Assembly: GCA_964428185.1 (NCBI GenBank)
Contig: CAYRXH010000003.1
Span: 14,577-78,576 of the forward strand
Direction of reading: 5' to 3'
Length of the DNA stretch: 64,000 nt
Origin: an uncultured Bacteroidales bacterium
Lineage (GTDB): Bacteria; Bacteroidota; Bacteroidia; Bacteroidales; DTU049
A model generated the notes under the pieces. The model did not search any database and was not told where the DNA came from. It saw only the letters and a list, made by a program, of their open reading frames with translations. Both the position numbers and the translations under genes were made by a program. This document shows, piece after piece, positions 29,706 through 39,748 of the stretch; position 1 is the stretch's first letter; each line of letters starts with the position of its first letter.

Positions 29706-32051
29706 ATGAAATTGTCAGAAAAAATAAAAGAATTTGATAGTATCGAAGGATTGATTTCACAAATTAATTCTGACAAGTTTACAAATGAAATACTATCGAG
29801 ACGATATCCTGTCAGATTAATTTTTTTACAAAAATTTGAAACTTTCAGGTTGTTAATTGAAAGGTTATCTTCAATCGGGATTGAAAACTATCATCTTGAA
29901 AAAGATTTACCTCATCCAGATGGGTGGATTACAAAAGATACATTAATCAACATTGTTAAAAACTTATCAAAGGATACAGCGGTTGTGCCTTTTTCAGAAA
30001 TTGTAAGATTTTATTCAAAAGAGGACTTTAAAAATTTCTTCAATCAGTTGCTATTGATTGAAAATGTTGAATTAACAAGACGGATTTATTTACCGTTAAT
30101 AGGAGTTGAAGAAAGATTTGAGAAAGATTTTTTTCAGGATTTTACCAGAAAAGATGAATCTGCTCCCTATTGGAAAATATCAAGAGAAACTCCGAATTCG
30201 ATAAAAGTATTTTTGACTTCACAAACACTCACTAAAAAGATTGGCAATTATGAAACTATTGTCAATACTGAAGAATGGCTCAAGTTTTGGAAGAAAAAAA
30301 GCCCCTGTGATGTTATTTGCAATTCGAAACCCCTAAACTTATTCTACGAGAACACTTTACCTGACACTATTTTTACTATTGAAAATGTTGATAACCCGAA
30401 AATTTTGATTGAAAAAATCTTCAATATTGAAGTTCCGATTCCTTTTGATAATTCTGATATATTATTTTGGGAAAAATTTCTCAGCCTTTTAAACAAAGAC
30501 TTTACAACCTTTAAGGCTTTTGTAAAAAGTTATTTCAAGGTTACTTCTTTAACAATTTTCACGTTACTGGATCATTGGCTAAAGTCAAACGATTTATTTG
30601 AGAAATGGCTTTTAAAACACTTTGTACTGACTCAAAGTTGTTTAGAAACAAAATACATCTTTAAAGTTTTTGAGTCACTATCAGATTATTCTGATCACAC
30701 TCTGCTTAAAAGCCTCTACCAAAGAATATTTAGTCTGGAAATCAATGAGGAATATATTAATGATCGGTTAGAGTTGATTCAGCAGCTCTCAAGGCTTAAA
30801 CCAATTAATCTTTGTGATGAAACGCTTGTCGAATTAAATTTTAATATTCAGACGATTGCCGATTATAGACAAGCTTTATTGCTTACTACAGGTATGTTCC
30901 AATTCGAGAAAGTCTATATTCTTGAATTATTTGCAAAAGGGGAAATTGATAATTTAGGTTTATTGTCCCAACGATTTCCTGAAATTTTATATTACAATTC
31001 TGAATGCTCATTTGACAACATTAAAAGTGAAAATGAATGGGTTTTAGAATATTTAAGTGAGTATAAGAAATCAAAATTAAACGACTCTACAACCAACCGT
31101 TTAAGTGAAATATTGCTTTTAAAGAATGCCAATGACCAATCATTTTACAATTGGTATCATAGTTTTGAATCAATTCACAGCATTTTCCATTCAAATAAAG
31201 TGGATAAAGTAATATGGATTGATGCCATAGGGATTGAATGGGTCTCTTTTATTGAGAGTTATGTTATCAATCAAAAGCATGATTTAAATGTAATTAAAAA
31301 AAGCATTGGAGTTGCCAATCTACCAACAAGCACCGACCAAAATAAATTTCCTAACGTAAAGTATATTCAAGATTTTGATAGTCATATCCACTCAACACAA
31401 TATTCCTTTCCGAACTCCATCATTACGCAATTTGATGAAATAAAAAGAATAATTGATACTTACATTATTCTTGATTCTGAACAGACAATTGCAATAGTTT
31501 CTGATCATGGATTAACCGCTTTGTCTAGACTTGCAGCATCTAAAAAATATGGCAAAGACGATAGCCATGAAGGGCGTTTTATTGAAGTTAAGGATAAAGA
31601 CCATATTCCTGATCCTGATTACATAATTCATAAATCAGAAATTGACCAAAAAAACTATTTAATTGCATTAAAGCATAGTTCACTTGGTAAAAAACCAATA
31701 AGAGAAGTTCATGGAGGAGTAACTCCTGAAGAAGTGCTAGTTCCATTTATTGTAATTTCTAACAAGAAAGAAAGTGCAGAAATTGATTATTCCATTATAA
31801 TTGAGAAGACTGAAATACCAAAAAAAGAACCTCTTATTTCAGTTAAAATAACTCCAAAACCATCTGCAGCACATATAGATATTAAGGAAAAAATAGTGAA
31901 ACTTAATTTTAATGAAACAACTCAAAAGTGGGAAGCAAACCTTGATAAATCTTTATCAGGCAAAATTACAATTAAAGTAAAAACAGGCAAATGTGAAAAA
32001 GCATTCACAATTAACATAATCTCAGGTATAATAGAGGAGGACTTATTTTGA
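29706..32051 (+). CDS. pglZ: PglZ (alkaline-phosphatase-superfamily) BREX core protein
   Basis: Metal-binding motifs VIWIDAIGIEW, ANLPTST, IVSDHG and HGGVTPEEVLVP in the C-terminal third. Confidence 0.88.
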   Translation: MKLSEKIKEFDSIEGLISQINSDKFTNEILSRRYPVRLIFLQKFETFRLLIERLSSIGIENYHLEKDLPHPDGWITKDTLINIVKNLSKDTAVVPFSEIVRFYSKEDFKNFFNQLLLIENVELTRRIYLPLIGVEERFEKDFFQDFTRKDESAPYWKISRETPNSIKVFLTSQTLTKKIGNYETIVNTEEWLKFWKKKSPCDVICNSKPLNLFYENTLPDTIFTIENVDNPKILIEKIFNIEVPIPFDNSDILFWEKFLSLLNKDFTTFKAFVKSYFKVTSLTIFTLLDHWLKSNDLFEKWLLKHFVLTQSCLETKYIFKVFESLSDYSDHTLLKSLYQRIFSLEINEEYINDRLELIQQLSRLKPINLCDETLVELNFNIQTIADYRQALLLTTGMFQFEKVYILELFAKGEIDNLGLLSQRFPEILYYNSECSFDNIKSENEWVLEYLSEYKKSKLNDSTTNRLSEILLLKNANDQSFYNWYHSFESIHSIFHSNKVDKVIWIDAIGIEWVSFIESYVINQKHDLNVIKKSIGVANLPTSTDQNKFPNVKYIQDFDSHIHSTQYSFPNSIITQFDEIKRIIDTYIILDSEQTIAIVSDHGLTALSRLAASKKYGKDDSHEGRFIEVKDKDHIPDPDYIIHKSEIDQKNYLIALKHSSLGKKPIREVHGGVTPEEVLVPFIVISNKKESAEIDYSIIIEKTEIPKKEPLISVKITPKPSAAHIDIKEKIVKLNFNETTQKWEANLDKSLSGKITIKVKTGKCEKAFTINIISGIIEEDLF

Positions 32052-33469
32052 ACACACTTGACGAAAAAATAAAACAAGCATTTCCTGATGAATCAGTTAT
32101 TAAGATTCCTCAGAATTATAGCATTTTTGCTGGTAAAAATTTGCCTTCATTCATTAAGGACTTCTTAATAAAACGCTATACTGACAGCTATGGCAATCTA
32201 GACCGAAATGGAGTTCTAAAATTCTTGGAAGACCATATTCCCAGCAAGGATAACGATCTCAAGAATCGTTTACGAACCCACAGGGAAGAAGTGACTGTAT
32301 TAACTAGATTTATTGTTGAAACAGATTTAAAAAATGATAAATTACTTTTTTCTATTCCTGATTTGGGCATAAAATCAAGTGAAGGTCGAATACCTGACCA
32401 TGTTGCAAAAAAAAATAAAGAGTTAAAAGATGGTGAACTTTGGGGAGTTGTCACCTTAGTATATCAACCACCTGCAGATAAAGAGAAGGGTTCTGTTGAA
32501 CTCGTTAATTATAAAGCATTCAAACCCTATAAAGTAGATTTGGAATATTTCAGAGCAGCAAGAAAAGAATTTAGCACAGCTGAGTGGATGGACCTTTTGA
32601 TACGTTCAATGGAGTACAATCCTGATGGTTTTGAATCATTGTCACAAAAACTGATGTTTTTGAGCAGAATTCTGATATTTATTGAACCTCGGCTAAATAT
32701 GATTGAATTAGCACCGAAGGGAACGGGAAAATCATACATTTTTGGTAATCTCAGTAAATATGGTTGGATGATAAGTGGTGGGAAAGTAACTAGGGCAAAG
32801 TTATTTTATGATATGACTAAAAAATCCATGGGTGCAATTACATTATACGATTTTGTTACAATGGATGAAATTCAAACAATTACTTTTTCTGACTCAGCAG
32901 AAATTCAGGCTGCACTTAAAAGCTACCTTGAATTCGGCTATACCACTGTTGCTAATGTAAAATTAGTCTCTCAGGCTGGCTTGATAATAATGGGAAACAT
33001 TTCTCTTTCAAAAGATAAAAAACCTATTCGACTAAAATATTTTTCAGAATTACCTGAAACGTTTAAAGAATCAGCCCTTTTGGATCGATTTCATGGTTTT
33101 ATCGAAGGATGGAAACTTCCAAGAATTAGTGAGGATTTAAAAATTAATGGATGGACGCTAAATGTTGAATATTTTTCAGAAATAATGCATGAACTTCGTG
33201 ATAAACCAATTTATTCTGCAATTGTTAACGACCTATTGGAAGTTCCTTCAAAAGCCGACACCAGAGATACTACAGCAGTTAAAAGAATAGCTACTGCATA
33301 TTTGAAACTGCTTTTCCCAAATGTAAATGACACTACTGAAATCAACAAAGAAGACTTTAAAAACTATTGTTTAATACCAGCAATAGAAAAAAGAAAAATC
33401 ATTAGAAAACAAATTCACCTAATTGATGAAGAATTTTCAGATGAAATGCCAGACATAAAAATAAAGTGA
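32048..33469 (+). CDS. brxL: BrxL-like MCM-type AAA+ protein without the C-terminal Lon protease domain
   Basis: EWMDLLIRSMEYNP, NMIELAPKGTGKSY, VTMDE and SALLDRFHGFIEGW; 473 aa; TTG start overlaps the pglZ stop (TTGA). Confidence 0.88.
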   Translation: MNTLDEKIKQAFPDESVIKIPQNYSIFAGKNLPSFIKDFLIKRYTDSYGNLDRNGVLKFLEDHIPSKDNDLKNRLRTHREEVTVLTRFIVETDLKNDKLLFSIPDLGIKSSEGRIPDHVAKKNKELKDGELWGVVTLVYQPPADKEKGSVELVNYKAFKPYKVDLEYFRAARKEFSTAEWMDLLIRSMEYNPDGFESLSQKLMFLSRILIFIEPRLNMIELAPKGTGKSYIFGNLSKYGWMISGGKVTRAKLFYDMTKKSMGAITLYDFVTMDEIQTITFSDSAEIQAALKSYLEFGYTTVANVKLVSQAGLIIMGNISLSKDKKPIRLKYFSELPETFKESALLDRFHGFIEGWKLPRISEDLKINGWTLNVEYFSEIMHELRDKPIYSAIVNDLLEVPSKADTRDTTAVKRIATAYLKLLFPNVNDTTEINKEDFKNYCLIPAIEKRKIIRKQIHLIDEEFSDEMPDIKIK

Positions 33470-33484
33470 CTTGTCCTGAAATAG

Positions 33485-33506
33485 ATTTACACAAATTAGT
33501 GTAAAT
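33485..33506. other. AT-rich inverted repeat just after brxL
   Basis: ATTTACAC-AAATTA-GTGTAAAT, an 8-bp stem. Could be a terminator or an operator. Confidence 0.35.
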
Positions 33507-34057
33507 TTATCTCCGCACAAAAAATGAAATAGACAAGAAAAATAAAACATCAGCAAAGAGGCAATCGTAACCGAGTATCGAAACTGGGAATATAAAATAT
33601 ATAGTGACAATTCCGGAGCAAATGATGCCACCTTTTTTGCGATGAATTTCACACTAATTTCGAGGAACTTTTTTTGCAAAATTGTTCTGAACATTAACTC
33701 TGACAGTGTGTTATACAACAAATATATCCTGCTTAAGCGGAGCGGTGTAAGTGTTGGTTTTTCATGCAACAAAAATATTGTTCCTTTGCTTAGTGGACTA
33801 CTTTCTATCGGAATGTCAGTTTTTTCTTACACATTAAAGTGGAATACTTTGCTCCGTAATTATCACTGTTTATCTGGCAGTTAGTAATATCCAGAAAAAA
33901 TGGACTAAACCAATCAGAGATTGGGGTATGATTTTAAATCAATTTTTGATTAAGTTTGAAAACAGATGCAAATTCAATTAGTTACCTGTTTACACAAAAA
34001 TTTTCACACCCTCGGGGGTAATTTCAGTGCTTGCGCAAAATAAAATGAAAGGGCAGT

Positions 34058-35167
34058 TTAAATATATTGCTCGCCTTTTTCAACAAGCACATCATTGACA
34101 AACTGTCTTATTTTCTGCTCGTCGCCCTTTTTGCAGACCAGCAGGATGTTGTCGTTTTCCACCACAATATAGTCATCCAGTCCCTGCACAACCACAAGCT
34201 TTTCTTTGGCCACATGAACAATTGAATCACTTGTTTCGTAAAGCATCACATTTTTCCCGTACACAGCATTGTTGTTTTCATCTTTTTCGCGGTGTTCGTG
34301 AAGTGATCCCCATGTTCCTAGATCGCTCCATCCGAAATCGGATACAAACACATACGCATTGGGTGCTTTTTCCATAACACCGTAATCAATGGAAATGCTT
34401 CTGCATTCTGTATATGTTGAATCAATCACATCGAACTCTAAAGGAGTATTAAGCTGTGGCAAAATATTTTCAAACAGCCTGGCAACATCTGACAAGTGTT
34501 TTTCCAATGCGCTTATTATCGCCTTTGATGACCAGATAAACAATCCCGAATTCCACAGAAAATCCCCGCTCTGCAAAAAAGACACAGCCATCTCGTGTCC
34601 CGGTTTTTCAGTGAATGTTTTCACCTTTTTGATATTGATGTTTTCAAAGGTATAATAATATTCGTCCTTATGTTCGGCATCCATAAACTGAATATAGCCG
34701 TATCCTGTATCAGGGCGGCTGGGCGTGATTCCGAGAGTCATCAGAATATCCTTATCTCGGACAGCATGGAGTGCTGCTTTCACTGTGTTGAGAAACTCCT
34801 GTTCTTTCAGAATGATATGGTCTGAAGGAGCAACCACAACGCGTGCTTCGGGATTCATTTTGTGAATTTTATATATTGCATAAGCAATACAGGGAGCAGT
34901 GTTTCTGCGTGCTGGCTCAAGAATAATACGACTGTCGTCAATATCAGGAAGTTGTTCTTTCACATGTTCCCGATAGGCAACATTGGTGACTATATAAATG
35001 TTTTCAACAGGTATTATATTTACAAACCTGTCATAGGTCATCTGTATCAGGGTTTTGCCTGTACCGAGAATATCAATAAACTGTTTGGGTCTGGAATTGC
35101 GGCTCATGGGCCAGAATCGTGCACCCACACCTCCTGCCATAATCACACAATAATCGTTTGTATCCAT
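34058..35167 (-). CDS. manC: Mannose-1-phosphate guanylyltransferase
   Basis: IMAGGVGARFWPMSR..RPKQF, EPARRNTAP, PSDH, FTEKP, WNSG and WSDLGTWGSL motifs. Confidence 0.93.
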   Translation of the reverse strand: MDTNDYCVIMAGGVGARFWPMSRNSRPKQFIDILGTGKTLIQMTYDRFVNIIPVENIYIVTNVAYREHVKEQLPDIDDSRIILEPARRNTAPCIAYAIYKIHKMNPEARVVVAPSDHIILKEQEFLNTVKAALHAVRDKDILMTLGITPSRPDTGYGYIQFMDAEHKDEYYYTFENINIKKVKTFTEKPGHEMAVSFLQSGDFLWNSGLFIWSSKAIISALEKHLSDVARLFENILPQLNTPLEFDVIDSTYTECRSISIDYGVMEKAPNAYVFVSDFGWSDLGTWGSLHEHREKDENNNAVYGKNVMLYETSDSIVHVAKEKLVVVQGLDDYIVVENDNILLVCKKGDEQKIRQFVNDVLVEKGEQYI

Positions 35168-35198
35168 CTCTGATCTGTTTGCGGTGCAAAAATAATAA

Positions 35199-35828
35199 TT
35201 ATTCCAATGAATTTACCAACAAATGCTCACTGACGAGATATTGCCTGTTGTTCTGAACACAGCGACACACATATCTGGTTCTGCGCTTATACTGTTTTTC
35301 ATATATTCTTGGGCTTTGTCCGATGGTAAACTTCGCCCCTACAGAAATATTTTCCAGAGCAATATGTCCTGTGTCGAACTTCATATAATTAAAAAGAGCT
35401 GTAAACAGCTTGCTGTTTCTTTTCACCGTAGCTGTGGGATTGTGGAGATATTTCTGTATTTCTGCTGCCACATTCTCTCCAAAGCAATTTCCTTCAAGCA
35501 ATTTCTGAAGAATCATCCCAAATGTCTGTTTCCATAAATGCCCATGTGCCTGATTTGCTCTTCTTTGGGAATGAACAAAATAATGAGCAGCTTCATGAGC
35601 CAGTATAAATATCGTGGCATCAGCGCTCATGCCCCGGTTTACCGTTATTGTTGCTTTTTCTTTGTAACGTGCACATCTGAAATCTCCGAATTTTGACCTT
35701 CTTTCTTTCACCATTCTGATCTGTAGAGGATGTGTGGCAAAGAGGGCTTCAAACACACTCACTGCAGATTCCGGAATGACATCGCCAAACCCTTGCATAT
35801 ATTTCAATTCGGTAAAAGGATTATCCAT
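35199..35828 (-). CDS. SprT-like zinc metalloprotease domain protein
   Basis: RRSKFGDFR, HEAAH, HGHLWK, and a C-terminal KRRTRYVC.C...QYL segment. Confidence 0.8.
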   Translation of the reverse strand: MDNPFTELKYMQGFGDVIPESAVSVFEALFATHPLQIRMVKERRSKFGDFRCARYKEKATITVNRGMSADATIFILAHEAAHYFVHSQRRANQAHGHLWKQTFGMILQKLLEGNCFGENVAAEIQKYLHNPTATVKRNSKLFTALFNYMKFDTGHIALENISVGAKFTIGQSPRIYEKQYKRRTRYVCRCVQNNRQYLVSEHLLVNSLE

Positions 35829-35988
35829 TGTAAAAAAAACTTACTGAATTGTTTCTGCTATCACCAAAAGTTGGGCAGGTTTTACACTTTTTGGGATTAT
35901 ATCTGGGATTTTTTTTCCCCCTACAAGATCCAAACACAAGAGCTGTACATAATATGATTACCAAAAACAAAATACTGTATGATTTCAT
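35821..35988 (-). CDS. Small basic Cys-containing lipoprotein
   Basis: Hydrophobic signal ending VFGSC, then RGKKNPRYNPKKCKTCPTF. Confidence 0.55.
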   Translation of the reverse strand: MKSYSILFLVIILCTALVFGSCRGKKNPRYNPKKCKTCPTFGDSRNNSVSFFYNG

Positions 35989-36036
35989 ACATTCAGTTTT
36001 TTTCAAAATGTATAACGAAGAATTATTTCCTTTGTT

Positions 36037-36654
36037 TCAAGGAATGGGATTAAGTAAATAGATATTGAGCAACATCCCAAGCACATAACCCGATCCACCA
36101 CTGATGACTGCAGACCGCAGCTTTTTTGCCCTTGCAATATCCTTATAGCCCAACATATAGTAATAATTCCCAAGTTGCTGGGAAGTTAAATTGGGCAGAT
36201 TTTTTTCCTTTATTTTAACCAGTGAAATAACTGCAGGATAGGACACCGGAACAACCAGACCCCATGGTATTCCCGGCCAGATTCCGGCTCCGGCAGACAC
36301 AGCAAAACCAATGATTGGCACATATGGGTTGTGATATGATTCCCATGCATCAGCCATACCGTCTATATAATCGAACATTTTTCCCTGATCAAGCACAAAT
36401 CCAAGACTGTCCTGTTTGTAGGTAATAATGCGGTGTCCTTCTTTTGTATATACGGCATACACTTCATCTTTGGCAATGAGCTTGATTTTGTTCTTCTCTC
36501 CCTTCCACACCTGATAATAGAGAAAATCATCCTGCACTTTCATAAACTCTACATCCTTCTTTTGCTTTCCGTTAATCAGAACCAATGTATCCTGTGCATT
36601 CATCAGCATTGAAATACATATCAGTATTGAAATAGTTAAAATTGCCTTCCTCAT
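36037..36654 (-). CDS. Hypothetical exported/membrane protein
   Basis: Signal peptide ending AQDTLVLING and two C-terminal hydrophobic segments; 205-aa open frame. Confidence 0.7.
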   Translation of the reverse strand: MRKAILTISILICISMLMNAQDTLVLINGKQKKDVEFMKVQDDFLYYQVWKGEKNKIKLIAKDEVYAVYTKEGHRIITYKQDSLGFVLDQGKMFDYIDGMADAWESYHNPYVPIIGFAVSAGAGIWPGIPWGLVVPVSYPAVISLVKIKEKNLPNLTSQQLGNYYYMLGYKDIARAKKLRSAVISGGSGYVLGMLLNIYLLNPIP

Positions 36655-36813
36655 GTTCAGGGTATTTTTTACGAAATTAGCTATTTTTCCTTAAAAAAAA
36701 CTGTTCATGCTGTAGTTTTTTTTTAAAAATAATCTGTTCTGTCATGAAAAATCATTTTTAAAAATTTGTAAGTTTGCATTCCATTCAAAGTTTAACGTAA
36801 AACTTATTATATC

Positions 36814-39690
36814 ATGATTACTGACAATTTTCATTACAGACACAACGGTCCCCTGGAGAATGAAATTCCTCAGATGCTGAACGCCATCGGTGTAAATTCA
36901 ATAGATGACCTGATTAACAAAACTGTTCCTTCAAAGATACGGCTTAAAAATCCTCTCAATCTCCCTAAAGGAAGAAGTGAAGCTGAAGTATTTGACCTGC
37001 TAAAAAATATCGGTTCAAAAAACAAGCTCTTTCGTTCTTTCATCGGATTAGGTTACTACAATACCATTTTGCCTCCTGTTATCCAGAGAAACATTCTGGA
37101 AAATCCGGGCTGGTACACTTCTTACACTCCCTATCAGGCTGAAATTTCTCAGGGAAGGCTGGAAGCTCTTCTTCTGTTTCAAACCATGGTCTGCGATCTG
37201 ACTGCCATGCCTATCAGCAATAGCTCTCTGCTTGATGAAGCCACAGCTGCTGCAGAGGCAATGGTGATGTCTTTCAATTCCCGTTCACGAGACAAGGTTA
37301 AGGCAAATGCCAATGTTTTTTTGGTTTCTGACAAAATATTTCCACAGTCTCTTGATGTCATTCTGACCCGTTCTAAACCATTGGGAATCACCGTAAAAGT
37401 ATTACCTTTTGAACAGTTTGTATTTGACGAAACAGTTTTTGGTGCCATTGTTCAGTATCCTGATGAACAGGGCGAAATTCATGATTTCCGTTTCCTTGCA
37501 GATCAGGCACACAAGAACGATGCATTGCTGAGTGTTGCCGTTGACATCATGGCCATGGCTCTGCTCACTCCTCCTGGAGAATGGGGAGCTGACATTGTGA
37601 TTGGTTCAAGCCAGCGCTTCGGCATACCCATGGGATTTGGAGGTCCTCATGCTGCTTTTCTGTCCTGCAAAGATGAGTTAAAAAGAAATGTTCCCGGACG
37701 AATCATCGGCGTCAGTATTGACAGTCATGGAAAACGGGCGCTCCGAATGGCTCTGCAGACAAGGGAACAGCATATCAAACGGGAACGTGCCACATCAAAC
37801 ATTTGTACAGCTCAAGCACTCCTTGCAATAATGGCTGCCATGTATGCCGCATATCACGGTCCCAAAGGGATCAGAGATATTGCAGAGCACATCCATTTGC
37901 TGACAACAGCATTGGTTAAGGAAGCTGAAAAACTTGGATATGTACAGCTTAACAACAACTATTTTGACACTGTCCGTTTCAAAGTCCCTCAGGGCGTTTC
38001 GGTAAATAAAATTCGTGAATATGCTCTTGATGCCAAAATGAATTTCAGATATTATGACCATGAAGTGTTTGGTCTCAGTTTTGACGAAACTGCATGTGTT
38101 AATGACATCAATAATATTATCTGTATTTTGTCAAAAGCGCAGGGCAAAGCTTGTTCTGAGTTTCTGTGTAACAAGCAGAATTGTTCAGGAAATCAGGGGT
38201 TTGATCAGAAATTTAAGCGAACCTCTGAATTTCTTACACATGCTCTGTTCAACAGCTTTCATTCAGAAACCGACATGATGAGATATCTGAAGTCTCTTGA
38301 AAACAAGGATCTTGCACTGAACAGAACCATGATTCCGCTTGGGTCATGCACCATGAAGCTAAACGCAGCCATTGAGATGTTTCATCTGAGTTGGCCTGAG
38401 TTTGCAGCCATTCATCCCTTTGTTCCCAAAGATCAGGCAGAAGGATATCTCTATCTGATCAATGATATGGACAGTATTTTATCTGAAATTACGGGGTTTG
38501 CCAAATTCTCATTTCAACCAAATTCAGGTGCAGCAGGAGAATACGCCGGTCTTATGGTTATTCGTGAATATCATATCAGTCGGGGTGAAGCACATAGAAA
38601 TGTCTGCCTGATTCCTTCATCTGCACATGGCACCAATCCTGCCAGTGCGGCCATGGCCGGCATGAAAATCGTTGTGGTTAAATGTGATGAAAAGGGCAAT
38701 ATTGACCTTGAAGACCTGAAAGCAAAGGCCAAAGAACACAAAAACGATTTGTCTGCATTGATGATCACTTATCCCTCAACACATGGCGTTTTTGAAGAGG
38801 ATGTGATGGAAATAATCAGTATTATTCACGAATGTGGCGGACAGGTTTATATGGATGGTGCCAATATGAACGCGCAGGTGGGTCTTACAAGTCCCGGCTT
38901 TATCGGAGCTGATGTATGCCACCTTAATCTTCACAAAACTTTTGCTATTCCTCATGGTGGTGGCGGCCCCGGCATTGGACCCATCGGCGTTGCAAAACAT
39001 CTGGTTGATTTTCTGCCAGGACATCCTGTGTTTGAAACAGGTGGAGAAAAAGCAATCAAAGCCGTGTCGGCAGCGCCATTCGGCAGCCCGTTGATCATTC
39101 CTATCTCGTATGCATATATCAAACTGCTTGGCAGAAACGGCCTGAAAAAAGCAACAGAATATGCAATACTCAATGCAAATTATCTTAAAGCAAAACTTGA
39201 AAAACACTATCCCATTCTCTATGTGGGAAAAAACGGCTTCGTTGCCCATGAAATGATTCTCGACTGTAATGCTTTTAGCAAAACTGCACATATTGAAGTG
39301 ATCGATATTGCAAAACGACTCATTGATTACGGCTTTCATGCCCCTACCGTTGCTTTCCCTGTTCACGGAACACTGATGGTTGAGCCAAGTGAAAGCGAAC
39401 CATTGAAAGAACTGGACAGATTTATCGAGGCAATGATCAGCATCCGTCAGGAAATCAGAGATATTGAAGAAGGAAAAGTTTCGAAGGAGAACAACGTGAT
39501 CAAAAATGCACCTCACAAGATGGAACTGATGCTTGATGAAGAATGGACACTACCGTACTCAAAGAAAACGGCATTTATGCCTGTTCCCATTCAGAACAAA
39601 TATTTTGCTCCCGTGGGAAGAGTCAATGATGCTCACGGAGACCGGAATCTGGTGTGTACATGCCCCCCCATAGAAGAATACATGGGATAA
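36814..39690 (+). CDS. gcvP: Glycine dehydrogenase (decarboxylating), single-chain P protein
   Basis: YTPYQAEISQGRLE, SLLDEATAAAEA, TSNICTAQ, PLGSCTMK and HLNLHKTF (PLP lysine). Confidence 0.97.
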   Translation: MITDNFHYRHNGPLENEIPQMLNAIGVNSIDDLINKTVPSKIRLKNPLNLPKGRSEAEVFDLLKNIGSKNKLFRSFIGLGYYNTILPPVIQRNILENPGWYTSYTPYQAEISQGRLEALLLFQTMVCDLTAMPISNSSLLDEATAAAEAMVMSFNSRSRDKVKANANVFLVSDKIFPQSLDVILTRSKPLGITVKVLPFEQFVFDETVFGAIVQYPDEQGEIHDFRFLADQAHKNDALLSVAVDIMAMALLTPPGEWGADIVIGSSQRFGIPMGFGGPHAAFLSCKDELKRNVPGRIIGVSIDSHGKRALRMALQTREQHIKRERATSNICTAQALLAIMAAMYAAYHGPKGIRDIAEHIHLLTTALVKEAEKLGYVQLNNNYFDTVRFKVPQGVSVNKIREYALDAKMNFRYYDHEVFGLSFDETACVNDINNIICILSKAQGKACSEFLCNKQNCSGNQGFDQKFKRTSEFLTHALFNSFHSETDMMRYLKSLENKDLALNRTMIPLGSCTMKLNAAIEMFHLSWPEFAAIHPFVPKDQAEGYLYLINDMDSILSEITGFAKFSFQPNSGAAGEYAGLMVIREYHISRGEAHRNVCLIPSSAHGTNPASAAMAGMKIVVVKCDEKGNIDLEDLKAKAKEHKNDLSALMITYPSTHGVFEEDVMEIISIIHECGGQVYMDGANMNAQVGLTSPGFIGADVCHLNLHKTFAIPHGGGGPGIGPIGVAKHLVDFLPGHPVFETGGEKAIKAVSAAPFGSPLIIPISYAYIKLLGRNGLKKATEYAILNANYLKAKLEKHYPILYVGKNGFVAHEMILDCNAFSKTAHIEVIDIAKRLIDYGFHAPTVAFPVHGTLMVEPSESEPLKELDRFIEAMISIRQEIRDIEEGKVSKENNVIKNAPHKMELMLDEEWTLPYSKKTAFMPVPIQNKYFAPVGRVNDAHGDRNLVCTCPPIEEYMG

Positions 39691-39748
39691 TGGAATAATC
39701 CCTTTTTAAAAAAAGGACGATTGCAGTGGCTTTCGGTCTTTTTTATGC

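Noticed and set aside
33709-33720. GTTATAC as a second attC core closing the island
   Set aside because: No paired upstream arm or complementary core was found.
38776-39516. 246-aa antisense ORF inside gcvP
   Set aside because: Shadow frame of a highly conserved gene with no recognisable motifs.
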